Origin: Alphaproteobacteria bacterium
GTDB taxonomy: Bacteria; Pseudomonadota; Alphaproteobacteria; SHVV01
Assembly (NCBI GenBank): GCA_965261735.1
Contig: OZ253470.1
Location: 768,001 to 832,000 of the forward strand
Length of the DNA: 64,000 nucleotides
Reading direction: 5' to 3'
Shown here: one piece after another, positions 39,644 through 50,306 of the stretch
Layout of the letters: each line of letters opens with the position of its first letter
Position numbering within the stretch: the stretch's first letter is position 1
Notes under the pieces: generated by a model
What the model was told of the DNA's origin: nothing
Database searches by the model: none
Seen by the model: only the letters and a program-made list of their open reading frames with translations
Program-made: the position numbers and the translations under genes

Positions 39644-41203
39644 TCAAAAGATATAGCGCCGCCGCGCGCGCCTCAGCCACGCCAGCACGAGGCCGAGCGC
39701 GAGCGCGAGTGGCAGCAGGATCCAGTCGCCGTAGCGGCCATAGGGGGGCGGGCCGGCGAGGGCGCGCGGCAACGCCGCGTCGACAACGCCGCGGCGGCCG
39801 AGGCCGAGCGAAGCGAGGACGCGCCCGTGCGCGTCGACGACGGCCGAGACACCGCTATTTGCCGCTCGGACCAGCGGCAAGCCCTCTTCAACGGCACGCA
39901 TGCGCGCCATCGCCACATGTTGGTACGGCCCCGAGCTGATCCCGAACCAGGCATCGTTGGTGAGGTTCAGGAGCCAGGCCGGGCGATCCCCGCGCGCGGT
40001 GACACGGCCGGGAAAGATCGCCTCGTAGCAGATCAGGGGGCCGACCGGCGGCAGGCCGGGAAGGACGAGCGTGCGCGGCCCCGGCCCGGTCGAAAAGTCG
40101 GCCTGGCCCTGGACCAGCTTCTCGACCCCCAGCGCCCCGAGCCATCGGCGAAGCGGGACATATTCACCGAACGGTACGAGATGAAACTTGTCGTAGCTGG
40201 CGAGAATGCCTCCCCCGGGGCCTATCGCATGGACGCTGTTCCAGATTTGCGGAGGGCGCACCCCGGCGGCGGAGATGCGCGGCGCTCCGGTGAGAACGAG
40301 ACCCCGCGGTGGTGCCAGCGCGCCAATGAGGCGGGCGCGCTCGGGCTCACGCGAGAGAAAGAAGGGCGCCGCCGTCTCCGGCCAGATGAGGTGGGTGACG
40401 GGGGTCAGCGCCGCCTCGGAGCTCAACTGCAGATAGTCGCGAAACTGGGCCTCGCGGCGATCGGGACGCCAGTTGTGAGGCTGCGCGATATTGGCCTGAA
40501 CGATTCGCAGGCGCACACCGGGAACGACCTCGCCGGAGGCCCCGGCAAGGCGGATCGTGCCGAGAACCCAGACGGCCGCCAGGGCCACGATGCCGGCGGC
40601 CACCAGGCGCAGTCCGGCGGCGCCCCGGCGCTCCGCGAGGGTCGCCGGAAGCGCGGCGAGCACCACGCTCATGAAGCTCAGACCGTAGACCCCGACCGCC
40701 GCGGCCAGCTGGATCATGGCCGGCGAGAACGTCCAGGCGTAGCCCACGAAGTTCCACGGGAACCCCGTGAACACTTGGCCGCGGAGCCATTCCGCGGCGG
40801 TCCAAGCGAGCGCCAGCGCCAGGACGCGACCGCCGCCGCGAAGCCCGGCGAGCCAAGTCGCTAGCGCCGCGGCGCCCGTAAAGGCGGCGAGCACGGCGGG
40901 CAGGCCCAGAACCGCGAACGGGGCCGCCCAGGCGAAGCGCGCGGGATCGGTGAAAGGCGGGTAGACGAGCCAGTAGAGTCCGGCCACGAAATGGCCGAAT
41001 CCGAACCACCAACCAATGGCAAAGGCCGCCCACGGCCCGCGCGATGCGCCGAGCAGCCACAGGAAGCCTGGAAAGGCGACGAGGAGGAGCGGCAGCAGGT
41101 GCACCGGCGGCAGCGCTGCCGCGGCGAGCGCGCCCAGGAGGGCCGCCGCTCCAGGGCGCCGCCAACCGGCGAGCCCCGCGATGCGCTCGCTCAGTGCCCT
41201 CAC
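39644..41203 (-). CDS. lnt: Apolipoprotein N-acyltransferase
   Basis: FTGFPWN, WPETA, YDKFHLVPFGEY, ICYE, TNDAWFG, RAANSG. Confidence 0.96.
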   Translation of the reverse strand: MRALSERIAGLAGWRRPGAAALLGALAAAALPPVHLLPLLLVAFPGFLWLLGASRGPWAAFAIGWWFGFGHFVAGLYWLVYPPFTDPARFAWAAPFAVLGLPAVLAAFTGAAALATWLAGLRGGGRVLALALAWTAAEWLRGQVFTGFPWNFVGYAWTFSPAMIQLAAAVGVYGLSFMSVVLAALPATLAERRGAAGLRLVAAGIVALAAVWVLGTIRLAGASGEVVPGVRLRIVQANIAQPHNWRPDRREAQFRDYLQLSSEAALTPVTHLIWPETAAPFFLSREPERARLIGALAPPRGLVLTGAPRISAAGVRPPQIWNSVHAIGPGGGILASYDKFHLVPFGEYVPLRRWLGALGVEKLVQGQADFSTGPGPRTLVLPGLPPVGPLICYEAIFPGRVTARGDRPAWLLNLTNDAWFGISSGPYQHVAMARMRAVEEGLPLVRAANSGVSAVVDAHGRVLASLGLGRRGVVDAALPRALAGPPPYGRYGDWILLPLALALGLVLAWLRRARRRYIF

Positions 41204-41225
41204 GGCCCGATCCGCGCGGACAGGC

Positions 41226-42140
41226 CTAGCTTTGGCCCGATGCCGTTTGGCCCGCTGCGGCGCGCACCCTGACCCGCTTGACGCGCCGCGCGTCGGCATC
41301 GACGACCTCGAACTCGACCTGGCTCGGATGGAGCACGCGCTCGCCCGGCCGCGGCACACGACCGACCAGGGAAAAGAGCAGCCCGCCGAGGGTCTCGATA
41401 TCCTCGTCGCGATCGTTGTCGAGGAGCGCGATGTCGAGCCTGGCCTCGAGCTCGGCGATGGGCACCCGCGCGTCGGCTTCCAGAGACCCCTCGGGCCCCT
41501 CGACCAGGAGCGGCGCCTCGACGCGGTCGTGCTCGTCCTCGATCTCGCCGACGATCTCCTCGACGAGGTCCTCGATGGTCACGAGCCCGTCCGTGCCGCC
41601 ATACTCGTCGACGACGACGGCCATGTGAATGCGGCTGGTGCGCATCTCCGAGAACAGGGCGAGCACGGGCATCGACGGCGGCACGTACAGGACCGGGCGC
41701 GCGATCGCGGCGAGATCGAACCCCTGCGGGTCGCCGGCCAGCACCACCAGATCCTTCACGTAAACGGCGCCGAGGACCCCGTCGAGCGTCTCGCGATAGA
41801 CCGGCATGCGCGAGTGGAACTCCTTGCGGAAGATTTCGATGACCTCATCGTAGGCGGCCGCGGCGTCGACGGCGACGATGTCGGCCCGCGGCACCATCAC
41901 GTCGTCGACCTCGAGCTCGCTGAGCTTGAGGATGTTCATCAGCATCAGCCGCTCATCCGGGTTGATCGGCTGGCCCTCGTCGGCGTAGTCGTCGAGCAGG
42001 ACCTCGAGGCTCTTGCGCAGGGTGAGGTCGTCGCCGCGCAGGCCCCCCAAGCTGCGCAGCCAGTCGAGGATCGTCCGCGAGATCGAGGCGGGGGCGGCCC
42101 CGCTTTCACGGGGCGGTCTAGGTGCGTCCGGGTCGCTCAT
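41226..42140 (-). CDS. HlyC/CorC-family CBS-domain transporter-associated protein
   Basis: VMVPRADI, HSRMPVY, VVDEYGGTDGLVTIEDLVEEIVGEIEDEHD. Confidence 0.92.
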   Translation of the reverse strand: MSDPDAPRPPRESGAAPASISRTILDWLRSLGGLRGDDLTLRKSLEVLLDDYADEGQPINPDERLMLMNILKLSELEVDDVMVPRADIVAVDAAAAYDEVIEIFRKEFHSRMPVYRETLDGVLGAVYVKDLVVLAGDPQGFDLAAIARPVLYVPPSMPVLALFSEMRTSRIHMAVVVDEYGGTDGLVTIEDLVEEIVGEIEDEHDRVEAPLLVEGPEGSLEADARVPIAELEARLDIALLDNDRDEDIETLGGLLFSLVGRVPRPGERVLHPSQVEFEVVDADARRVKRVRVRAAAGQTASGQS

Positions 42141-42685
42141 GCCGGTTGCTGCGCGTGGCCCGCCGCCGCCGCGGGCCGATAGGGGTCGGCGATACCAAGC
42201 CCCGCGAGGATGTCAACCTCGAGACCCTCCATGCGCCGCGCGCGAGCCGCGCTGTCATGGTCGTAGCCGAGCAGATGCAAGACACCGTGGACCACGAGGT
42301 GCCCGAGGTGGTCGGCGATGCTTATGCCGCGCTCGGGCGCCTCGCGCACGACAGTGCCGTGGGCGAGCACGACGTCACCGAGCAGCACCGGCACGCTCGC
42401 CGGGTCCGGGTCCGGTGGCCTCTTCTCGCCTGGCCCTCCCGCGGTCGGGAACGCGAGCACGTTGGTGGCCCGGTCGGTGCGGCGGTGGTCGCGATTGAGG
42501 CGGCGCACGAAAGCGTCGTCAGCGAGCACGATGCTGACCTCGGCGTCCGCCGGCGCGGCCGCCGCACGGGCCGCCGCTGTGGCCGCCCGGCGGCATAAGG
42601 CGTGCGGTTTCGCGACCGAGCTCCGCCAGTCGCGACACAGGACCGCCACGGCGACACTCGGCGCGCCGGCGCGCTGGCCCCTCAT
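42137..42685 (-). CDS. ybeY: rRNA maturation RNase YbeY
   Basis: ATNVLAFP, LGDVV, HGVLHLLGYDH. Confidence 0.95.
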   Translation of the reverse strand: MRGQRAGAPSVAVAVLCRDWRSSVAKPHALCRRAATAAARAAAAPADAEVSIVLADDAFVRRLNRDHRRTDRATNVLAFPTAGGPGEKRPPDPDPASVPVLLGDVVLAHGTVVREAPERGISIADHLGHLVVHGVLHLLGYDHDSAARARRMEGLEVDILAGLGIADPYRPAAAAGHAQQPA

Positions 42686-43674
42686 GCGCCCTCCCCCTCG
42701 GCGTCCGCCTCGCGACGGCTCGACTGGTAGGCTTGCAGCACGCGTGTCACCAGGGGATGGCGCACCACGTCGGCGTCGCTGAAATGGACGAACGCGATAC
42801 CATCGACCCCGCGCAGCACGGCGACCGCGTCGTGCAGCCCCGAGCGCACCCCCTGCGGCAGGTCGATCTGGGTGAGATCGCCGGTCACCACCATGCGCGA
42901 GTTCTCGCCGAGGCGGGTGAGCAGCATCATCATTTGCCCGGGCGTCGTGTTCTGGGCCTCGTCGAGAATGACGAAAGCGTTCGACAGCGTCCGGCCCCGC
43001 ATGAAGGCCAACGGCGCGACCTCGATCTCGCCGGTCTCGAGGCGCTTGATCGCCTGGTCGGCCGGCATCATGTCGTAGAGGGCGTCGTAGAGCGGCCTCA
43101 GGTAAGGATCGACCTTTTCGCGCATGTCGCCGGGAAGAAAGCCGAGGCGCTCGCCCGCCTCGACGGCGGGACGCGACAGTATGATCCTTTCGGCCTGTCC
43201 GCTGAGGAGCTTGGAGACCGCCACCGCCACCGCAAGATAGGTCTTGCCGGTGCCGGCCGGGCCGAGCCCGAAGACGAGATCGCGCTGCTCGAGCTGACGC
43301 AGGTAGGCGGCCTGGGCCGGCGAGCGCGGCACGACGTCGCGCTTGCGGGTCGAGACGACCGGCATCGCGCGCCCGCCGGAGCCGGGCGCCGGGCCACTCG
43401 CCATGCGGATGGACCCACTGACGTCGCCGGACGTGATCTCGCCGCCCTTCTTGAGTCGGGCGTAGATGTCATCGAAGACGACCTTGGCGGCATTCTGCGC
43501 CCAACTATCGCCGCTGATGGACGCCCTGTTGCCGCGAGTCGCGACCGACACCCCAAGTCCATGCTCGATCAGGGTCACGTGCTGGTGATGCTCGCCAAAC
43601 AGCGCCGTGAGCAGGCTGTTGTCGTCGAATTCGACGACGAGCGGCGCCTCGCGTTTCCTCGCCGCGGCTTTCAA
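42682..43674 (-). CDS. PhoH-family ATPase
   Basis: GPAGTGKTYLA, RPAVEAGERLGFLPG, LAFMRGRTL, DEAQN. Confidence 0.95.
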   Translation of the reverse strand: MKAAARKREAPLVVEFDDNSLLTALFGEHHQHVTLIEHGLGVSVATRGNRASISGDSWAQNAAKVVFDDIYARLKKGGEITSGDVSGSIRMASGPAPGSGGRAMPVVSTRKRDVVPRSPAQAAYLRQLEQRDLVFGLGPAGTGKTYLAVAVAVSKLLSGQAERIILSRPAVEAGERLGFLPGDMREKVDPYLRPLYDALYDMMPADQAIKRLETGEIEVAPLAFMRGRTLSNAFVILDEAQNTTPGQMMMLLTRLGENSRMVVTGDLTQIDLPQGVRSGLHDAVAVLRGVDGIAFVHFSDADVVRHPLVTRVLQAYQSSRREADAEGEGA

Positions 43675-43687
43675 ACCGCCCCTGTCC

Positions 43688-45064
43688 TCATGCCGCGTCG
43701 GCCCGCCCGCCGGCGCGCCCGGCGCTCGCCAGGGCACCCGAGAGGCTGTTGGCGAGCGCGGCCTCGATGCGCACCGCCACGATCTCGCCGATCAGGTCGT
43801 GGGGGGCAAGGGCGTGAACCGCCTGCAGATAGGGGCTGCGGCCAACGAGCTGGCCGGGCCGCCGCCCGGGTCGTTCGAACAGAACCGGGAGCACGATGCC
43901 GACGCTGCGCCGATTGAAGGCCTGCTGCCCCTCGTCGAGGAGCGCCTGCAGCGCGCTCAGTCTCTCGGCCTTGACCGTGTCCGCAACCTGATCGCGACGC
44001 TCGGCCGCGGGCGTGCCCGGCCGCGGGCTATACTTGAAGGAGAAGCCGTGAGCGAACCCGACCTCGGTGACGAGCGCGAGGGTCGCCCGGAAATCGGCGT
44101 CGCTTTCGCCGGGGTAGCCGACGATGAAATCCGAGGACAGCGCTAGGTCGGGCCGCGCCGCGCGGAGCCGATCGACGCCGCGGCGATAGTCGTCGGCGCT
44201 GTGCCGGCGGTTCATGTCGGCCAGCACCGAATCCGAGCCCGACTGAACCGGCAGGTGGATGAAGGGCATGAGGGCGGGCACGTCACGATGGGCGCTGATC
44301 AGCTCGTCGTCGACGTCGCTCGGGTGGGAGGTCGTGTAGCGCAGCCGCGCAAGGCCCTCGATCGCGGCGAGCCGCCGGATGAGCGCGCCGAGCGAGGCCG
44401 GGGTGCCGTCCTCGCCGGCGCCGTGATAGGCGTTGACGTTCTGCCCCAAGAGGGTGATCTCGCGCGCGCCGGCACCGACCAGGCGCTCGGCCTCGGCATA
44501 GACCTCGGCGACCGGGCGCGAATACTCGGCGCCCCGCGTGTAGGGGACCACGCAGAAGGTGCAGAACCTGTCGCAGCCCTCCTGAACCGTGAGAAAGGCG
44601 CTCGTCCCCGGCGCCCGAGCCTCCTCGGGCAGGCTGTCGAACTTGACCTCGGCCGGGAAGTCCGTCGCGACGATGCCGTGGTCGCGCCCCTTTGCACCGT
44701 GCGCGCGAGCCACCAGCTCGTCGAGGCGGTGGTAGGTCTGGGGCCCGAAGACGATATCAACACAGCGCGCGCGCGCGAGGATCTCGGCGCCCTCGGCCTG
44801 GCCGACGCAACCGCCGACGGCGATCAGCAGGCCCTCGCCGCGGCGCTGCCGGGCCGCCTTCAACTGGCCCAGGCGGCCGAGCTCCGAATACATCTTTTCG
44901 GCCGCCTTCTCCCTGATGTGGCAGGTGTTGAGGATGACCAGATCGGCGTCGTCGGCGCCGGCGGCCGCGCCATAGCCGCTCGGCGCCAAGACGTCCGCCA
45001 TGCGGGCGGAGTCGTAGACGTTCATCTGACAGCCGTAGGTTTTTATGAAGAGCTTTTTGGCCAA
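43688..45064 (-). CDS. miaB: tRNA methylthiotransferase MiaB
   Basis: [29 protein letters not shown] radical-SAM motif, TRAM domain. Confidence 0.97.
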   Translation of the reverse strand: MAKKLFIKTYGCQMNVYDSARMADVLAPSGYGAAAGADDADLVILNTCHIREKAAEKMYSELGRLGQLKAARQRRGEGLLIAVGGCVGQAEGAEILARARCVDIVFGPQTYHRLDELVARAHGAKGRDHGIVATDFPAEVKFDSLPEEARAPGTSAFLTVQEGCDRFCTFCVVPYTRGAEYSRPVAEVYAEAERLVGAGAREITLLGQNVNAYHGAGEDGTPASLGALIRRLAAIEGLARLRYTTSHPSDVDDELISAHRDVPALMPFIHLPVQSGSDSVLADMNRRHSADDYRRGVDRLRAARPDLALSSDFIVGYPGESDADFRATLALVTEVGFAHGFSFKYSPRPGTPAAERRDQVADTVKAERLSALQALLDEGQQAFNRRSVGIVLPVLFERPGRRPGQLVGRSPYLQAVHALAPHDLIGEIVAVRIEAALANSLSGALASAGRAGGRADAA

Positions 45065-45167
45065 TGGCCCTCTATGCCCCCAATAAGGCGGTGGGGGCGA
45101 CCGCACCACGTCTCATCCCGATGTTGTCAGGCGAGCCAAAAAAACACTAGCAGCTAGCCGCATTGAG

Positions 45168-46028
45168 TCAAGGATGCTGCCGGTTTGGCGCCGTCTGAGC
45201 GGCTCCGGCGCCGCGCTCGGCGCACTCACGCAGGTCCGCGCCGAGCGCGGGCGGTGGGCGACGCGCCAGCGCCCAGGACAACCCCTCCGCGACCACGCCC
45301 CGGCAGTGCTCGGCGAGCGCCTTGCGCGAGGCAAAGGCATTGAACGTCACCGGTTCATGGAAGATCACCGTCACGGTCGATGGTCCGAGGCCGAGGACGC
45401 GCCATAGGTGGGCGCCGAGCGGCATGTTGCCGTACCAGGTGAAGTAGGGACGCAGATGCCGCCCGAGCGGCATGAAGTCGAGCCGCGTATAGGCCACGGT
45501 GACCGGCTGGACGACCAGGGCCCGGTCGTCAATCGGTCGTTGGGCCACGGCGAAAAGGGCGCTCTTGAAAGGCAGGACGTGATTGCCGTCGCCGCTCGTC
45601 CCCTCGGGAAACAGGATGAGGCTGTCGCCATCCTCGAGCCGGGCGGAGATTTCGTCGCGGTGGCTGGCGGCGTGGCGCGGCAGGCGCTCGATGAAGATCG
45701 AGCGCTGCAGCTTGGCGAGAAGGCCGAAGAAGGGCCAACCCGCCACCTCGTGCTTGGCGATGAAGGATCCCGGGATGAGCTTGGCGAGGACGGTGATGTC
45801 GATCCAGGAGGAGTGATTGGCGACGTACAGGATGGGTGTCTGCCTAGCCTGCTGCCCCCAAATCTCGACCTCGAGGCCGAGGAGGGAGCAAATACCGCGG
45901 TGATAAAGCAGCGGGATGCGCGTCGCCAGCGGCCGGTAGACCGTGAGCCCTGCGATCTGCGCCGGCAGCAGCAGCAGAGTCCAGCAGGCGATGGCGATGA
46001 TCTTAAGAACGGCGCGAACGGCTGCCAC
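45168..46028 (-). CDS. Lysophospholipid acyltransferase (PlsC/OlsA-like)
   Basis: ANHSSWID, FIAKHEV, LFPEGTS, LPFKSALF. Confidence 0.9.
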   Translation of the reverse strand: MAAVRAVLKIIAIACWTLLLLPAQIAGLTVYRPLATRIPLLYHRGICSLLGLEVEIWGQQARQTPILYVANHSSWIDITVLAKLIPGSFIAKHEVAGWPFFGLLAKLQRSIFIERLPRHAASHRDEISARLEDGDSLILFPEGTSGDGNHVLPFKSALFAVAQRPIDDRALVVQPVTVAYTRLDFMPLGRHLRPYFTWYGNMPLGAHLWRVLGLGPSTVTVIFHEPVTFNAFASRKALAEHCRGVVAEGLSWALARRPPPALGADLRECAERGAGAAQTAPNRQHP

Positions 46029-46083
46029 GATCGGACCTGTGCAGCTCCGCTTGTCTAACGGTCGCCGCGGCGGTGCTGCCGGC

Positions 46084-46512
46084 TCACCCTTCGCCGTCTC
46101 TTTTGTTGTCGAGGGCGACGCCGTACAGCTCGAGCCGATGATCGACGATTCGATAGCCGAGTCGACGAGCAACGCGGCGCTGCAACTCTTCGATCTCGGA
46201 GTCTTGAAACTCTATGACGTGACCTGTTTTCAGGTCGATGAGGTGGTCGTGGTGCTCGTCGGGGACGGTTTCGTACCGCGCGCGGCCGTCGCCGAACTCG
46301 TGCCGCTCGAGAATGCCCGCGTCCTCGAACAGCCGCAGCGTTCGGTAGACCGTGGCGATGCTGATCTTGGGGTCGAGCGCGACCGACCGGCGGTAGACCT
46401 CCTCGACATCGGGGTGATCCTCGGCGGCCGACAGCACCTGAGCGACGATGCGGCGCTGCGCCGTCATCCGCATGCCCTTGTTGACGCACAGCTGCTCGAT
46501 CGTCGCGTTCAT
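46084..46512 (-). CDS. fur: Fur-family regulator
   Basis: RMTAQRR, DHPDVEE, ISIATVYRT, HHDHLID, DHRLELYG. Confidence 0.93.
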   Translation of the reverse strand: MNATIEQLCVNKGMRMTAQRRIVAQVLSAAEDHPDVEEVYRRSVALDPKISIATVYRTLRLFEDAGILERHEFGDGRARYETVPDEHHDHLIDLKTGHVIEFQDSEIEELQRRVARRLGYRIVDHRLELYGVALDNKRDGEG

Positions 46513-46603
46513 GTCGCGCCGGCCCCTTCGATAACCACTCCGCCGCGGCCAGCCTATCGCGTCGACAGCGCGCGTTCCAGCGCCGAACCGAGGTCGCGCG
46601 GGG

Positions 46604-47026
46604 CTAACGGCGGCGGCGCGAACCTCGTTTGGTGCCGAGGCCGATCTTCTTGGCTAAGTCGCTGCGCTGCGAGGCGTAGTTCGGCGCCACCATGGGGTAG
46701 TCGGACGGAAGGCCCCACCGCTCGCGGTACTCGTCCGGCGTCATGTTGTAGCGAGTCTTGAGGTGGCGCTTGAGCATTTTCAGCTTCTTTCCGTCCTCGA
46801 GACAGATGATGAAATCGGGCGTAATCGACTTCTTCACCGCAATTGCCGGTTGGGGCCGCGGCGCCTCGACCGGTGCCGCGCTGTTGCCGACATGCGACAA
46901 CGCGGCGTACACCTGCTGAATCAGCTGAGGCAATTCCGAAACGGCGACCGAGTTGTTGGAGACGTGCGAGGCAACGATATTCGTCGTGAGCGCCAGTAGT
47001 TCGCTCGATTCAGGTTGTTCGCGCAT
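46604..47026 (-). CDS. mucR: MucR/Ros zinc-finger regulator
   Basis: IVASHVSNN, CLEDGKKLKMLKRHL, YPMVAPNYA. Confidence 0.93.
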   Translation of the reverse strand: MREQPESSELLALTTNIVASHVSNNSVAVSELPQLIQQVYAALSHVGNSAAPVEAPRPQPAIAVKKSITPDFIICLEDGKKLKMLKRHLKTRYNMTPDEYRERWGLPSDYPMVAPNYASQRSDLAKKIGLGTKRGSRRRR

Positions 47027-47117
47027 AATATGTGATAGCCTCCCAACAAAAGCAGCCGTGTTTATATTATGTGTCCCGGATCGAGGCAACAATTAATGAG
47101 TGCGATAGACAACAGAG

Positions 47118-47363
47118 ATGCCCGCGCGTCCCGATCACTACCTTGACATCACTTCCTACGCTTGCCCGATTACGTTCGTCAGAACGAAACTGTTGATCGA
47201 GCGCATGGAATCCGGAGAGATCGCCGAGGTGCGCCTCATGGGTGAGGAACCGCTCGCCAACGTGCCGCGCTCGATCATCGAACAGGGCCACGCGGTCCTG
47301 AGCCTCGAGCCGGAGGATCAATCGGCCGACGGCATATACATCCTAAGGCTGCGTAAGTCTTAG
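47118..47363 (+). CDS. TusA-family sulfurtransferase
   Basis: LDIT..ACPITFVRTKL, 81 aa. Confidence 0.88.
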   Translation: MPARPDHYLDITSYACPITFVRTKLLIERMESGEIAEVRLMGEEPLANVPRSIIEQGHAVLSLEPEDQSADGIYILRLRKS

Positions 47364-47388
47364 CGCGACGTCGACCGCTCGAGTCGAT

Positions 47389-48072
47389 TCAGGCCGGTCC
47401 CTTGGCCGTGGTTCGGGGCAACGTGGCATCGGGGCTGCGTAGATAGAGGGGCGCCGGCGCAGTCGGCCCTAGGTGGTCACCCGGGTCGCGCCGGGCCGCG
47501 AGGCGCGCGACCGCTGCGGCGTCGGGCAAACCGGCCCCCAAGTCACGGCGCCATTCCGGGCGGCGCGGCCGCAGCGCCCGCGACACCACCTCGGCGCCGG
47601 TCCCAATGATCAATCCGGGGCCGGCGGGAGCGAGTGCCGCGGCCTCGTCGGGTTGCAGCAGCGCCGGCTCGCCCAGGGCTGCGGCACCGTCGAAGGCCTG
47701 GGCATAGACCGCGTCCCGCTTGGCGTCGAGCGCGACAAGAAGGGCGCCGCCGAACGCGTCTCGCGCGCCCTCCGCGACAGCGGCGAGCGTGGTCACGCCG
47801 ACGAGCGGCACGCCGGTCGCGAGCGCAAGGCCCCGCGCGGCCGCGAGGCCGATACGCACGCCGGTGAAGGTGCCGGGTCCGACGGTGACCGCAAGCAGGT
47901 CCAAACCCGTGAGTTCGATACCGGCTTCCGCCCGGACCTTCTCGATCATCGGCATCAATGCCTCGGCGTGGCCCCTGCCGATGACCTCGAAGCGGCGCGC
48001 CGCCACCTCGCCGTCGCGCAGCAACGCCACCGAGCACGCCGCGAGCGTCGTTTCCAGCGCCAGGACGCGCAT
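47389..48072 (-). CDS. tsaB: tRNA threonylcarbamoyladenosine biosynthesis protein TsaB
   Basis: LALETT..ACSVA, GHAEALMP, GPGTFTGVRIG, PLYLR.PDA. Confidence 0.95.
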   Translation of the reverse strand: MRVLALETTLAACSVALLRDGEVAARRFEVIGRGHAEALMPMIEKVRAEAGIELTGLDLLAVTVGPGTFTGVRIGLAAARGLALATGVPLVGVTTLAAVAEGARDAFGGALLVALDAKRDAVYAQAFDGAAALGEPALLQPDEAAALAPAGPGLIIGTGAEVVSRALRPRRPEWRRDLGAGLPDAAAVARLAARRDPGDHLGPTAPAPLYLRSPDATLPRTTAKGPA

Positions 48073-48142
48073 TACTCGATGCCCCTACGCAAGACTCCGC
48101 CGTCCCTGTTGATCCGGTTCATCGGCAATGCTAACACCGCTC

Positions 48143-49201
48143 ATGCTCGACGATTCTCCTGGCTGGGCGCGCCCACGCGTCGCGCGAGCATTGCTCGCGG
48201 CGGGTCTCGCATTGACGGCGGCGGGCCAGGCGCCCGCGCTGGCGGCGGCCTCGGAGTCGGGCGCCGTAATCTTCATGTACCACCGCTTCGGCGAAGACGA
48301 CATTCCGACCACCAACATTCCCCTCGGCCAATTCACCGCCCACCTCGCCGAACTCACGAGCGGCAAGTACAACGTGATGGCGCTGCCCGACATCATCGCC
48401 GCGTTCCGCGCCCAAACACCGCTCCCGGACCGAACCGTGGCGATCACGATCGACGACGCTTACAGCTCGGTCTACCACGAAGGCTGGCCGCGGCTCCGCG
48501 AGGCGGGGCTCCCCTTTACCCTGTTCGTCGCCACCGACCCGGTCGACAACGGCGTTCCCGGATACATGAGCTGGGATCAGATCCGCGAGCTGCAGCGCGC
48601 CGGCGTGGCCATCGCCAACCATACGACGTCCCATCTTCACATGCCGGCCGCAAGCCCTGAACGCAACGCGGCCGCCGTGCTGCGGGCGAACCGGCGCCTC
48701 CAACAGGAGCTCGGGGTGGCGCCGGACCTGTTCGCCTATCCCTACGGCGAATACAGCCGCGCCATCGTCGACGAGATCCGCAGAGCGGGGTTCGACGCGG
48801 CGTTCGGCCAGCACTCGGGTGTTGCCCACGCGGCCCACGACCTGTTCACGCTGCCGCGCTTTGCGCTAACGGCCTCCTACGGCAGTTTGGCGCGCCTCAA
48901 GCTCGCCGCCAGCGCCCTGCCGCTGCCGGTCGAAGATGTCACGCCGCGCGATCCAATGCTGCGGCAGAACCCGCCGCCGATAGGTTTCACCGTGGCTCCC
49001 GGCATTGAACGCCTCGGCGGGCTCGCGTGTTACGCCTCGAACGAGTCGGTGGCGGCGCATATCGAGCGCCTCGGGCTACATCGGTTCGAGGTCAGGCTGA
49101 GCAAGGCGTTCCGGCCGGGTCGCGGGCGGCTTAACTGCACCCTCGCCGCCGGCAACGGCCGTTGGCGTTGGTTCGGGATACAGTTCTACATCCCGAGGTG
49201 A
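48143..49201 (+). CDS. Secreted polysaccharide deacetylase (CE4/NodB)
   Basis: Signal peptide; MYHRF, ITIDDAY, NHTTSH, FAYPYGE. Confidence 0.9.
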   Translation: MLDDSPGWARPRVARALLAAGLALTAAGQAPALAAASESGAVIFMYHRFGEDDIPTTNIPLGQFTAHLAELTSGKYNVMALPDIIAAFRAQTPLPDRTVAITIDDAYSSVYHEGWPRLREAGLPFTLFVATDPVDNGVPGYMSWDQIRELQRAGVAIANHTTSHLHMPAASPERNAAAVLRANRRLQQELGVAPDLFAYPYGEYSRAIVDEIRRAGFDAAFGQHSGVAHAAHDLFTLPRFALTASYGSLARLKLAASALPLPVEDVTPRDPMLRQNPPPIGFTVAPGIERLGGLACYASNESVAAHIERLGLHRFEVRLSKAFRPGRGRLNCTLAAGNGRWRWFGIQFYIPR

Positions 49202-49246
49202 GGGCGCTACGGGGGCCGGGGCCGCCGACGGTCTATGCGCGGCCCT

Positions 49247-50179
49247 TTAAGCCCCTTCCGGCTCGCCCAGCCGGGATTTGTCGAACTCGGTGAGCGAGTT
49301 GGCGCGGATGATCAGGCCGATCGTTTCGATGTAGGCAGCGCCGCGCTCGGAGTAGGTCGCGAGCGTACCGCTCAGCGCCAGTCCGTCGACGTCGCGGCCG
49401 GCCGCGCGCAACGCCGCGCGTTTGGCGCGGAAGGACTTGTAGCCCCAGTGCGTGTTGAGGTTGCGCATATAGACATCGACCGAGTGCTTGAGGCCGTTAA
49501 AGGCCCGGACCTCGTGGAACTTGCCGGGGTCGCGCCGGAGCGGCACGAGGCCGGCGCCCTTGTTGAACGTACGTTGACCAAAAAGGGCGTTGCCCTCGAG
49601 GGCGAAACGCGAGGTGCCCCACCCCGTCTCCTCGGCCGCCTGAGCGATCGCCAGGGACGGCGGCACGATGTCGACGCGCCGCGTCAGCGCACCGATATCG
49701 TCCACCGTGACGCCATAGTCCTCGGCCAACGTCTCGAGCCATTGGCGATCGGCGGCGCTCGCGACGGGCCCCGCGGCCTCGCGACCGACGACCTCGACCA
49801 GTCGGCGGCGCTGCGCCAGGATCTCGGCGTTGGCCTGAAGGATCAGTGGCAGCGCCGACTGGATGAACAGGCGCTTGCGCTGGGTCACCGAGTTGACGAG
49901 GGCAAGGTCCTTGGGCAGGTTGGTCAGAAGTAGGGGCGGCACCGAGCCGCGCCCGTCGCGAACCTCGGCGAGCGAGTAGTTCAACGCGGCGAACTTGTCG
50001 TTCAGGCTTGCGACATCGGTGGCCACCACCGTGATACCGCCGCTCTTGACGGTTACGATCGCTTCCGACGGCGGCGTGATCCACAGCTCGCTGGCGGCGG
50101 CCGCGCCGTTCGCGGCACCGACAGCGAGGGCGAACATGGCCAGAGCCAACCGTTTCACATGGGAATCGGGTATAGTCAT
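49247..50179 (-). CDS. Glucosaminidase-domain (GH73, Bax-like) secreted protein
   Basis: VDIVPPSLAIAQAAEETGWGTSRFALEGNALFG, YMRNLNTH, YSERG..Y. Confidence 0.88.
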   Translation of the reverse strand: MTIPDSHVKRLALAMFALAVGAANGAAAASELWITPPSEAIVTVKSGGITVVATDVASLNDKFAALNYSLAEVRDGRGSVPPLLLTNLPKDLALVNSVTQRKRLFIQSALPLILQANAEILAQRRRLVEVVGREAAGPVASAADRQWLETLAEDYGVTVDDIGALTRRVDIVPPSLAIAQAAEETGWGTSRFALEGNALFGQRTFNKGAGLVPLRRDPGKFHEVRAFNGLKHSVDVYMRNLNTHWGYKSFRAKRAALRAAGRDVDGLALSGTLATYSERGAAYIETIGLIIRANSLTEFDKSRLGEPEGA

Positions 50180-50306
50180 GGCGTGCGCGTAAGTCGACAG
50201 GATGAGGTTGGAGGGCTCGGCGCGGGCACGGCGGCGAGCCGGCCGGGCGTCGTTAAGATCGTTCAAAACAGGCCCGAGATCAAGCGCTCTTTTCGCCGCC
50301 CGACGC

